A DNA stretch of 64,000 bases from the NCBI GenBank assembly GCA_965113315.1, contig OZ220369.1; one strand, 5' to 3'. Position 1 is the first letter of the stretch; the number at the start of each line of letters is the position of its first letter. The notes under the pieces are model-generated. The model made no database searches and had not been told where the DNA came from. It saw nothing but the letters and a program-made list of their open reading frames with translations. The DNA is from Podarcis vaucheri. Lineage: Eukaryota. The translations under genes and the position numbers were made by a program. Positions 51,985-64,000 of the stretch are shown piece by piece.

Positions 51985-54179
51985 AAAGGACAGCAGGCAC
52001 CATGTTATATTAGGTAGGCCCTGGGTTTTCTAATATGCAGCTGTTTTGCTATCTTTTAAAAGCAGAATTTTATCTTCCGTTTTGCTTTGTTTCCTTCTGA
52101 AAGTTGCTTGCCCTAATCTTGCTTCCTTCATTCACACCTTCCCCCTAAACCTTTTGGGCTTGTTATGTGATAGCTCTTAGGATTGTTATCCTCACTTCCC
52201 TCAAACCCTGCCCCCAAACCCCAAAGCCAAGAAGGGGGTTCCCTTCATTAATTTCTCTAAGAAGATTACCGACTGCTTGTTTGCTGTTGTTTAAGCAATT
52301 TATTTCCCTAAGCTCTTTGTTTTTCCAACTGGTTTACACTTTAATGCCCTTGATTGAATTTCAAACAAGGGATCAACTTGACCAACCAACTCTCCTTAGT
52401 GTAAGAAGGGTGAAAAGGACATGGAGGGGAGGGAGGAAGCAGATGAGAAGTTTGCTCCAACTGCGAAACCAGAAAGATGCTCTTTCTTCTCTCTTCTCTT
52501 CTCTTCTCTCTCTCTTTCTTTCTAAAATAACTTATCCAAATAAATTGTCAGTTTCTCATTTCCCCCCAATCTTTCCACATTTACACATCAGTCTGCAAAA
52601 TTACTTTTAAAGTCCATAGGACATTTTTTGCAGAGCAGTTTTCATCCATCCACCGCATTATTGTAGCGGTCCGAGTTTTGGACTAAACCCTTTGGAGGCT
52701 GGCATTTCATTCCCCACTCAGCTATGAAACTAAAAGTGACCTTGAGCTGATCACTGTCTCTCAGGCTAACCTATGTCACAGTGTTGTTGTGTGGATGGAA
52801 TGTGGAGAGGGAAGACTGTGTGCACCAGTTTGAGTTCTAGGATGGAAGGAACAACAACACGAACAGAACCAAGTTTACATGCTGTATATTTCAACCACCC
52901 ACACCCTGAGAAACATACTCCCAATCTTCCTCGAGTGGAACCACTCAGGCTGCTTTGAATAGGAAGTTTCTTTTCAAATCCATAGACAAGGCAATAACTT
53001 TCTTTCTGCACCCAAGTGAGGAGCCCAGAGACTGTGCAATACAAGCTGGGTTCCTGGCTGCAATTTCCCCTTATACTTGCCCTCATGTAATTGCTACTTT
53101 GCATTCAGCACTGATAAACCACAACGAGACAGCTCAAACAGCTCCCAAGCATCTTAGAACGTGACCTTATGCACTATAATTTTTATGATGCCACAGAAAT
53201 GTAGGAAGCCGAGACCTTTTTGCCTTTGCAAGACAATATTAGCAGATTTTAAAACGCATGCAGCCTTTATTGCACTTGAAAGCTAGCACAGAAAGAAAAC
53301 AAGTAGATGCTGATTTTTTTAGTTTTTATAGCTGGATGAATCAATTGCTTTATAGCTTGATGCATCAGTTTCACCCCTGGAACCCCCATGCTTTCTCACA
53401 GTCAAGAGGTTGAGTCATCTGGCTGTCGGCCCATTTGGGACGTGTGTTGGCATATCATCCTCCCACACTGGAGTACGATCCTGCAATCACACAATCACCA
53501 AGGGTGTGTTCACAGATGTGGGGTAATGTGGGGATATCCAGAGTTCAGCTGCCCTTATATAACCTAGGATTTAGTGGTTCTCAAGATGGTTGAGGATAAC
53601 ATTTTGAGCAGAGGAAGCTGGTCCATTAGGGTGAATGGGGCACCCTCAGTCTGTCCACAGCTGGTTCCCTGCACTCTTTCCTACAACTAGCTCAGCAGGT
53701 GACACTGCATGAGTAGCTTCCTCCTCCTCCTATGTCACCTTATAGAACTCAGTGGGGAGGATGGGGACAAAACCAGAATTAGCAGGCTCTGCCTGTCATT
53801 GGCTATGGCACCACCTACTGTTGATCTCCAGACCTGCTGCCCTATCAGGAGACTGGCATCAGCCACAACTGCTTTTAAGTGTAGCAGACATGGTTGTCCA
53901 AAACTCTATGTGTAACTGAAAGGTAAACCACATGTGATGCTAAATACAGAATTAAATATGCCAGTGTGGTGAAGTGTTAGACTACAACATGGAAAACCAG
54001 GGTTCAAATCCCTCTAGGAGTCCTTGGGCCAGTCACAGTCTCACACTTGAACTTACTGCATAGGACCGCTGTGAAAATAACAAGAGGAGGAAGAAAACCA
54101 TGTATGCCACTTCTTGGAGAAAAAGTGAGATAGCAATGTGATAAAATAAAAAAATTGTAATTTTATTTTTTTAATTAAA

Positions 54180-54460
54180 AAATCCTCATGAAAGGTTGTA
54201 AGCATTTTTCTTGGATTTATTGTACATGGTTTGGACAAATATACACATTTTTTGCAAGCCATTTCCCCTAACACAATGCATTTCAATGTTATTTTTGCTA
54301 ATACAAACATTTTTATGCTCATATGCCTGCATTGCAAAATTTGGGAAAGCGCAAACTCTGAAGGATAAGTGTGTTGCTGTTTGTGTGCTGGTTTGAGAAG
54401 TACAGATTATGCAGCTTCTCACTAAAATGCAAACATAATCAATTTCCCCCCTCTATCCCT
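54180..54460 (-). mobile_element. Family A repeat copy
   Basis: Reverse-complement match to 11179-11621. Confidence 0.65.
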
Positions 54461-55839
54461 ACCACCATATGCACACCATATCCTACTGTCCTCTAAGCCC
54501 TGACTTGCCTCTGAATGCAAACAACCAGCCTTCTTCACTCCAGCTCCCCCTTGTCTCATATACTCCATTTCAACCTTTGCTGGGCGGAGTGGCATGATAT
54601 TGCTCCCCATGCCGCTTCCGTCTCTCCAACTAACAGTGTCTCCCTTTTTTGTGACAATGGGGAGATGGGAGTGAGTGCAGTGGAAGGCCATCTACTTCCA
54701 GACCACCCACCTTCACATCTGGTTGGCTGGTTGTGTCACTGTGCATAGATCAGAAGCAGCCACCTCCAGCTCCTCACCCAGTTCCTGGCAAAAAAAAAAT
54801 CAAGTGCAGTGAATTCCAGACCTGCACTGAGAGATGCCTAGAAGTTCATTTAGTCTGTGCATCAACTTCTCACTTAATTTAGGCCCTGAGCATCAGGCTG
54901 TGCAAGCACCCATGATCAGCTGATTGCTGGGGCAAAAAAACTGCAAAAAACAGGCCATCTGATGTCATTGTGGCATCGGGTAATTGACAGCTGGGCACTC
55001 ACTTATAAAATTGGACCCATGGGGGGAGGGGTTAAGAATGCAGCCTATTGGCTGGATCCAGGTCCCCTCCCCTTTGATTTCGGGCACCAAGAATTAATCT
55101 GTCCCGTTTTAGTTTTCCCTATGAAGCACAATCACATCTTACTAAACCACAGGCAGTGTTTTCTCTTTTCTCTTTCCCCCCAACCTCCAATCTCATCTCT
55201 TGCTGTCAACACCATCCATTTCAGCCGGGCTCTATCCCCTATCTCTTTTCAACATCAAACTGTGGTCCTTCCAGTATCATTATGATCAACCTGAGCAAAG
55301 TAAATGTGAAGAGGTGTCTCTAATAGGACAGTTTTTGACATCACATCTTGAACCAGAATAAGCAAACAGGCAAGTCGAATCTTCAGGGTCAAGCTCCGAA
55401 GTCAATTTTCTGACCTGGGAAATCATGTACTGTGACAACTGATGACAAATGCATGAGCACTTGCCCTGTATAAATATGTCTACGAATGTTGTGTTACAAA
55501 ACATTCCCAGCCTCTGACTTACTGATGCCGAACCAGAGCTGGGAGGCGGAGGGAGAGGAATTGGCAACTCTTCTCTTCAAATGTCCATTTCTTGGCAAAT
55601 CCCATTTCCTTCTGCATATGTGCTGGAAAATGGGCATGTTTTAAAGGCATAAAAACAAAAAAAGGGGGGGTTGTTTGGGGTTTTCTGCTGTTTGCAAAGG
55701 ACAAATCACCTACTGTACCTACATTTGAAATGTTACAAAGAGATTCTGATAAGAAACACGGCACAACCTCCCCCACCCCCATACCCAAAAGCCTTGTTTC
55801 CTTTGCACACTCTTTCTTTCCTCCAGCTTCCAAAGTTCC

Positions 55840-56900
55840 ATGCCAAAAAAGTCACCGTTTATTGATTTCTAAATCTAACAGTCTAATTATATATTTGTAG
55901 ATGACTCGACAGATTTGCAAACTCGCTCTATGATTTTATAATAGAACATGCTCGCGTTAATCTCCATCTAGGGAGATAGCTGGAGGGGGGGGCTGACCTT
56001 TATCTCATATTTAAAACACAAGCAATAACTGAAATTCATTTTCAATTTCTTTTCCAATCATATAAAAGGAATAGGAGGAAAGATTACTTTATTGAATCTT
56101 CTCTCTCTCCACCCCCTCTCCCTTTTATTTTATGTTTTGAAGGGGAGGGGAGTTGTTGGTGAAAGGTTGGCAGCGCATAGTCTTGAAGCTTTGTAGGGAG
56201 CTCCAGAGATGGTCTATGGGGAATAGCTTTAATCGAATAAACTAATCTTTGCTGTGGAGATTAACTAGGAAGGGGCTGCAGCAGTGGCTGAAATAGCGAA
56301 ATTCAAAGTATCGTCTGCCCCGTCAGCTGCTGCTGCAGTGCCAAAGGCAGAAAGACAGCCTCCCCATTGGGCCCACCCTACTGATCTGGCAAATCTGGTC
56401 AACTTCTTGGAAATTTAATAATGCTGCCACATTGTGTTAGCCTGCTGAGCAAACAGCCTGGCACTTCAAGGCACAAATGGGGTGATTTACAAGGATTTCG
56501 TTTTTAACACGGCGGCCGCTGCTGTTGCTGGAGCCTGAGGCAAATTCAGCTCTGGTGGGTACGCATGGTGTACGTCCTCGAGGTAAATATTATCTGGAGG
56601 TTAGGATGTGGATCAAAGCAAAACCTGACAGTTGCTAAATGACATTATTTTGTGAGTGTGGCTTTTCAAAGAGTGTTTGATTCCATGCACATCTGCACTC
56701 TTAAACACATGTGCAAGACATTTGCATTATGTTAACATAAATAGTAAAACTCATCTTTCCCAGGTAAAATGTTTCTTATGATCCTTAAAATAATTGCTAA
56801 ATTCTCCACGAGTCTTTGTGTTAGTATTTGCATTGGGAGAATGTAATGTCAGCCAGATGCCTCATGCCAAGTGCAGATATATTTCCAAGGCATTCTGTAG
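55840..56900. promoter_or_regulatory. Putative conserved non-coding element / enhancer
   Basis: TE-free; CpG cluster at 56498-56581; TGATTTAC (56483), GCCTGAGGC (56533), several (A/T)TCAAAG sites. Confidence 0.5.
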
Positions 56901-58374
56901 CCTGGATAATATTGACTATGATGCATAACATTTTCAGTACAAAATGTCTAGCTCATTGCAAAGTTGTACACTTGGTGACTTAGATCTCATCGCTACCATT
57001 TGCAGGTCCTAGAAAGCCATAACCATGTAATCAAAGCACATGGTAGCTGCTGTAGATTTTAGAACAACACCCCAGGATTTGCATGGCCATGTCAATTTTC
57101 CAGCTGTTGCCACCGGCAAATTTGTTGCCAGTTGTAGGAACAAGGGATTGTACTTGCTCACGCTGTCAATGGTCTCTTAACTCCCCAGAGGGAGAAAGCA
57201 GGAGCTTAACTGAAAGATTATGTGGGCTACAGACCAGGCAACTCTGTATGCCCAAGCACTTGCCTTGGCCAATAGCTCTCCCGGCAGAGAATTCTGAATC
57301 CTACACATCTCCTGCCAGGCCCAGGGACACGGAATCCCCCATGGAGGCCAGAAGCTGCAATTTCGTCAAGGTGACAAACTCAGCTCGTCTCACCCGGCGA
57401 GATCCTCCATTTGCAGGAAGAGCCTGAACAACATGGATGCCATTCTCCTACCAAGGGCCTAAAATTGATTGACATCGCTTTGCTTTCCCCTCGACTATGA
57501 AAGAAACACTCGCTCCTGCAGAGCATAACATGTCGATCCAAAAAGGCGAATCATCAGTTTCTCAAGGCATCCTTCCAATCGTGCAGGAAACACAACATGT
57601 CCTCCAGCTGACACTGTTCAGCAAATGAAGATGAGGATGGTGATCCTGTCTCTTTATCAGCCTGCCAACAATGATCAAAGTCCATTCTCCTTTCCCAAAA
57701 CAAGCTAATTTTCCAACACTCTTCTGCTACTAGGAAATGCAAATCTCTCATTGTGATGGCTCTCAGGGAGAAAGGAACCTATCAAGAGCAATGCACACTG
57801 CTAGGGGAAAGTTAAGAGTTTTAATCCATATTTATGAAATACCACGGAGCAAATTCAAGATGTACGTACAACGTATCTGATGGGAGATTTTCTATAATAC
57901 AGCCTACATTCACAGATCATGCTATCAAGAATGTATTTTCAGTCATGGTGCCTGGTTTGTAGAACTTGCTGCCTGGCCAAGATCCTCCACAACACAGAAT
58001 GCTGTCTTAAACCAGATCAGAGTATTTGTCTGTATATCCCAGGCCCCATCTGCACCATACATTTAAAGCAGTATGATACCACTTTGAACAGCCATAGAAT
58101 CCTGGGAAGTACCATTTGTTAAGAGTGCTGTTGTTAGGAGACCCCTATTCCCCTCAAAGAGCTACAGAGTTGCCTGTGAAGAGGGACTGATTGCTCAACC
58201 ACTCTGAGAATTATATATTGGCAGTGTATTGTTGTGTGAAATGTCTCACGCTTGCCTGAATGGAGAATTGTATGTGAGTGCATGGAATCCTCTGTCTTCT
58301 GCTTGTGTAGAACGTCACCCATAATACGGTGATTAAGAGTTCACATCCATTGCTCCACCCACCTTTGCCTCTTG

Positions 58375-58790
58375 ACCACTGGCATACGACATAAGTTTGC
58401 TTATGACAAATTGTGGCCTGTGGGCTTCAAATAGGTTGCCCCCCCCAGGGGCGGTGGAAGGGGTGTGTGGTGGGGGCAAGTTGACCTGGGTGTCACCACT
58501 GAGGGGGTGACAAAATGCCGGGCAGCACTCACTGCTGGCCCTGCAACGCGCCCGAGCCACTGGGAGTGACGCAGTGGCTTGGGCACTCACAGGCTCTTCA
58601 TGGTCTGTTCGCTGCCTCCCGCTCAACTGTAGGGCGGCTGAGTGGGAGGGGGCAGGCAGACTCCTCAGCCTGTGGGGCATCCTGCCCTGTCTGGCCCCAC
58701 CCCCATGGGTGGCTGGCCCCGTCCCTGGGTGCAGGGCATGCACGCTGCCCCCGGTGCCTGATCAGCTTGCTTTGCCACTGCCCCTACCCC
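58375..58790. mobile_element. GC-rich hAT-like MITE remnant
   Basis: Abrupt GC-rich block with a TGTCACC...GGTGACA palindrome typical of such MITEs; termini not resolved. Confidence 0.45.
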
Positions 58791-61399
58791 ATCCATGTGA
58801 CGGAATAGGTTTTGTCTAACCACAGTGAAGACAGACATGTCTGGTTCTTTTCCTTGGCAAAACCAAGCATTTCCTGAGGAAAAGAGAAAGAGAAACTGAA
58901 CAGACAATTCAGGAAGGTCCCTTTGGGCTTGTCCACACTTGTCCCTGCCTCTTTCCCACATGAAAATCAACTTCTTAGAGCAAACCTCAACCAGGGTTTC
59001 CGTTGACTGATGTTTGCTCCAATTCAGCAGTAAAGTGTGGGTTTTTCTGGGGAAAGCAGTGGGGCAAATGGAAAACCGCTCAGATCTTTGCTTAGAAATA
59101 ATGGGACAAGCAGAAAACCTCTTGGACCCATGCTTTCTAGGCACAGAACAAATGGGAGTGTGGCTTTCTCTTCCTAGGTACAGTAATCACTGAGTGGTTG
59201 GTTTTGTCTCAGGACAGAGGGTGTTAATTTAAGGCAATTGCTTGTTCCAACAACATCAGACTCAATGGAATGTATAATGGAATTCCTCAGGACAGTTCCC
59301 AGGTTTTTGATATTTCTATGTTTTCCAGAGCAAAGGAAGGAGGGAATTGTCCACTACATAAACACACATGTACAACTAGAAAGGTCATAATGATATTTTC
59401 CTCACGAATTCAAGCATCTTTCAACAAGTATTAGTTTAAGTGGTATTTCACTATTTTCTAGAGATTGTGGTAGAAAATGGAACATTTCAAATATGCAAGC
59501 TTTAGTTAATCCCCCATCATGCAGCCTATGGACTTCGCAGGATTATCCCTTATTATAGTATTATTAAAAGTGATACAAAATTGCAGTTTGAGATTAAAAA
59601 CTCCCCCGGTATTTCTAAATATGTACCTATCTTCTATTTCTTGCTTTCCTCTGTGAAAATATATAACCAATATTTTTATTTTATTTTATTTTATTTAAAA
59701 AATAACACATATGGGAGCTGCAATAAAATATGGTTAAGGAATTCATAACATTTAACACATGGTCATTCATTTAAGCCTCATATGCATGATCAAGTGGCAT
59801 CTGCGCTTAGGGAAGCACCATAGTTGGGGGGTAGATTATTATCATATAAATGCCACAAGTTCCAGGTTAAATCATGAACATCTCTAAGCAGGGCTGGGAA
59901 GGACCCCTGTGTCCAAAAACACGTCCATGTAGACAACACTGAGCTAGGTAGTGTTATATGGCAGCTTTCTATGATGACTACAAATTGAGATTCCTGCGAG
60001 GACTTGATTCCCAGGAGAGTTAAAAATAGAATGTTCAAAATCTGTGGCCTTGATACGACTTTGAGAATGTATTTCCTTGGGGCAAAAAGCCCCAGTTGGC
60101 CAAATTGTCAGTGGCAGTACCATGATACAAAGAGAAAGCGGATGGTGGCATTAAAATTCGTAAGTCCCCTCCCTCCGGACAAGCGATTGGTGCTATCTCT
60201 GATGTGGTTATGCTAGCAGAGTTCTGGCTCCTAGATACAGACTTTTGGACCTGGGAACCTCACATACAGCAGCTTGCTTTTGAGCATGCACTGAGACAAT
60301 TGACGACAAACAATTGGACCAGACTGAGGATGGTAGGGCAGATGGTAGGGGTAGGGCCCCATTCACCCTACTGGACTAGGCTCTGCTGAACAGGCAGACA
60401 TATACCGGTACTTTCCCTTGCCTTGAAGAGAAAGGGTTTGGTTTTGGTTTTCTCATTTGGGAGAAGGGGGAAGGTAAAAATGGCGCTCACTTCCCCTCCT
60501 GAATATGGGTCAAACTGTCATTTAAAGCAGCAGTTGGCCACGCTGAGTGCTAAATCCCCCCCCTTCCTCTCTCCCCCTTTGCCAGAGGAGAAAGAATTCT
60601 AATTTTCGACCAGTCTAAATTGTTCTGGGCAGCATTATCAGTTGGAAAGACCCTTCTGATTTGACAGAGCCCCAATGTATGATGATTAATTACCACTCAG
60701 CTTCATTGGACTTTTCTAATTTCCTTTTGCCACTCGCTGTAGGCAACAAGCGATAAGTACCGCTCTTATTATTTTCTGCAAAGGAAAATGTCCATTATGG
60801 CGCTGTCTTACAAGTAATCAGAATAAAGGAGACAGCGGATTGGCAAACCTGCAAGGATCATTCTGTCTTTATTTAGCCAACTCCAGCTTTCTTTCTTCTG
60901 CTCTTGCATTATGCTCGCTTCCCAAGCCCTCCGCCCCTCTCCTTCATCACCACAAGTTGTTTTACACCATTGCGTGTCCAAAAAAAGGGAAGATAAAAAA
61001 TGCACACTCATAAAACTCTATCAAAGCTGGTGACATTTGAAAATCCATATAAAGGCTGGGGAGGAATTAATCCTCAATCTCAAAGGAACCATCCTTAAAA
61101 TGATAATGTGTTGCAAAACGTCAGACACAGAGAGTTTATAAATTGTCCGGAATCCAGTAGAGGTGTCCCAGAGGTGGTCTTCAGATCAGGAGGAGGTGCT
61201 CAAAGAGCTGCAGTCTAATCTCAGGAATGGTCCCAATGGGTTGGGGAAGGCAAAGTCCAGACCCCAAGAAGCATCAGAGCTGAAAGAGAAGGCGCCCACG
61301 GGATGGGGAGTGTGAAACAGGATCCCAGAAGGGAACTGAATGGGTGGTCAGGGGAAAATCCTGCTTCTGTACCTTCAGACACTTCTGTCACTTTTAATG

Positions 61400-62105
61400 T
61401 TCAAAGATTGAGGACAGTTAAAAGAAAGTACTTTCTTCAAGCAGTCCATATTTACTTTATGGTACTTTCTCCTACAAGAGGCAGTGATGGCCTTTAAAAG
61501 AGGATTAGAGAAATTTGTGGAGGAGAACAGGGACGCGGACTTACAAAAAATATTGGGGGGGGGCCGGGAAAGCTCATAAATAATAAATAAGCTCATGAAT
61601 ATGCAAATAAAGTGGTGCCGCCTCCTCGTGAGTGAATAGGGGAGAGCGTGCTGCGCCTATTAATCAGCTCCGAAGGAAATTGGGTGGAGCTTTTGCTCGG
61701 GAGGGAGGGCAGGAGGCATGCAGGCAGCCCGACCCTGTGCATTTTGGGCTGGGGGAGCGGCGGCGATGGTGCTCTGCTGGAGGGGTGCCGGAGATTATTG
61801 GGGGGCGGAGCCCCCCCAAAAGAATTTTTGAGGGGGCTCGGGCCCCCTCAAGCCCCATGGAGTCGGCGCCTATGGAGGAGAAGGCTATCAAACATTACTA
61901 GCCGTGATGGCCATGCTGTGCTTCCACAGTTGGAGGTAGTGATATTTCTGAACACCATATTGCTGGAAAGCACAGAAGGGGAAAGTGCTCTTGTGCTCAA
62001 ATCCTACTTGCGGGTTTCCCACAGAGGCATCTGGTTGGCCACTGTGAGAACAGGAAGCTGGACTAGATGGCTACTTGGCCTCATCCAGCAGGTTCTTCTT
62101 ATGTT
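61400..62105 (+). mobile_element. CR1 LINE 3' end (ORF2 tail plus 3' UTR), split by a hAT MITE
   Basis: RTVKRKYF...FKRGLEKFVEE resembles the CR1 C-terminus; the 3' UTR recurs at about 19655, 37240, 38590 and 62770. Confidence 0.75.
61528..61874. mobile_element. hAT-type MITE
   Basis: Perfect 8-bp TSD GAGGAGAA (61520-61527 / 61875-61882); imperfect TIR CAGGGACGCGGACT / AGTCGGCGCCTATG. Confidence 0.85.
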
Positions 62106-62990
62106 CTCAAGTTCCAGTCAGGCTGCTCCTGCTCTGACACCCTTTCACTCAGTGAGCCTCCATCCTTGGAGGAGGCGCTTGAGGACAAGTTGAGCACTGA
62201 GCCAACATTGTCTCTCTTGCCATCTTCTAGGGTACAGCTATGGCAGTGCAGGTGGGACTCTCCCCAGACCACACACCCTTCCCACACCTTCCTTGAGTGC
62301 CTTTGCCTAGCTGGAATGTATATTTCAAACTGTGATGCCTTGTGCTTTCCTGGAGGGGGGGTGTCTCTGTGTGTCGTGTGTGGGAAAGCTACTGAGTGCA
62401 AAGCCAAGCATCATACCACATTTTTCATCTGGTCCCACCCACCAATGCTATAAGGCCCTTGGAAAGTGACCCACAATCGCTTTGATCCCTCGGTATGGTC
62501 ACAAGGCTGAAGCTAAGCAATAGACCTTCAGTCAGAAGAATGTCCTTTGTAAAGTAAGACAGCACACAAAAACCTTAAGAGCAGTACTTTAATATGGAAG
62601 CATTAAAAAGACCATCATGCATGCATCCCATCTCTACACTAGGGCTGTGTACACACTCTACCTTTAAAACACATCTGAAGCACATTCTTTGCCTCAAAGA
62701 ATTCTGGGCACTGCGGTTTAAACCTCTTTGGGTTACAATCCCTGCCTCTGTGTCTATCAGAGGCAGTAATGCTTGTGAATACCAGTTGCTAGAAACCGCA
62801 AGAGGGGAGAGTGCTCTGGTGGTTGTGCCCTGCATGAGTGTTTCCCAAAAGCATGTAGCTGGCCACTGTGGGAACAGGGTGCTGGACTAGATAGGCCATT
62901 CACCTGACCCAGTATTCATAACATTCTTCTATTCCTATGACCGTTAGTCACTAACTTCAATGGGTCCACTCTAAGTAAAACCTAGTTGGC

Positions 62991-63036
<46 letters not shown>
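62991..63036. repeat. (AAT)n microsatellite, tail of the adjacent L2
   Basis: Directly visible. Confidence 0.96.
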
Positions 63037-63038
<2 letters not shown>

Positions 63039-63810
63039 TTATTATTTATACCCTGCCCATCTGGCTGGGTTTCCCCAGCCACCCTGGGCGGCTTCCCAAA
63101 AAAGTTTAAAATACAACAGTGCATCAAACATTAAAAGCTTCCCTAAACAGGGCTGCCTTCAGATGTCTTCTAAAAATCAGGTAGTTGTTTTTCTCTTTGA
63201 CATCTGGTGGGAGGGCGTTCCACAGGGTGGGTGCCACTACCCAGAAGGCTCTCTGCCTAGTTCCCTGTAACTTGACTTCTTGCAGCGAGGGAACCACCAG
63301 AAGGCCCTTGGCGCTGGACCTCAGTGTCCAGGCGGAACGATGGGGGTGGAGACGCTCCTTCAGGTATACTGGACCGAGGCTGTTTAGGGCTTTAAAGGTT
63401 AACACCAACACTTTGAATTGTGACCAGAAACGTACTAGGAGCCAATGTAGGTCTTTCAAGACCGGTGTTATGTAGTCTTGGCAGCTGCTCCCAGTCACCA
63501 GTGTAGCTGCTGCATTCTGGATTAGTTGTAGTTTCCGGGTCACCTTCAAAGATAGCCCCACATAGAGCACATTGCAGTAGTCCAAGCGAGAGATAACATG
63601 CACCACTCTGGTGAGACAGTCCGTGGGCACATAGGCTCTCAGCCAGTGTACCAGATGGAGCTGGTAAACAGCTGCCCTGGACACAGAATTGACCTGTGCC
63701 TCCATGGACAGCCGTGAGCCCAAAATGACTCCCAGGCTGCACACCTGGTCCTTCAGGGGCACAGTTACCCCATTCAGGACCAGGGAGTCCTCCACACTCA
63801 CCCGCCTCCT
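63037..63810 (-). mobile_element. 5'-truncated L2 LINE with open ORF2 C-terminus
   Basis: 225-aa ORF containing SRLDYCN, LQLIQNAAA, ITPVLKDLHWL and RAFWVVAPTLWNALP, which are L2-clade motifs. Confidence 0.93.
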
Positions 63811-64000
63811 GTTTTGTTTAGACTGCCTTTTCTAAAAGGTTGGTGGTGGGGTTTATTATTACTATTGAGAACAGGGCTGCTGCTGTTTTCAACTGCGTGT
63901 CAAATGTGGTGGTGGTTTGTGCAGGGGAAGGAGTGCCACTTTGAGATATTTTATATCCTGCATGCTATTTTCTATGAGGGCTTGGTCAAACCACCCTCTG

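Noticed and set aside
63124-63801. 225-aa ORF as a host gene
   Set aside because: L2 retrotransposon ORF2 fragment.

Overview
Eukaryotic, gene-poor vertebrate DNA. The repeat content (Sauria SINE with ACCTTT tail, BovB, CR1, L2, L1, Tc1/mariner and hAT MITEs) points to a squamate reptile, probably a lacertid lizard; this is inferred from repeat families recognised from memory. Almost all ORFs in the track are spurious, arising from microsatellites or transposon fragments. The window alternates between transposon-packed stretches and multi-kb transposon-free islands that look like conserved non-coding developmental enhancers. The only convincing host coding signal is too short for the ORF track: an 87-nt minus-strand exon at 20374-20460, with canonical splice sites, encoding an ankyrin repeat (MALHWAVKHSNLEMAEMVAKTGIDVNAKS). 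It resembles the intron-containing, Iroquois-linked Sowah genes that tetrapods are reported to have dismantled. I infer the window lies in an Irx-cluster gene desert carrying a surviving or decaying Sowah exon. No Irx gene is in the window and no alignment could be run, so this remains a hypothesis. There is one 132-N assembly gap.
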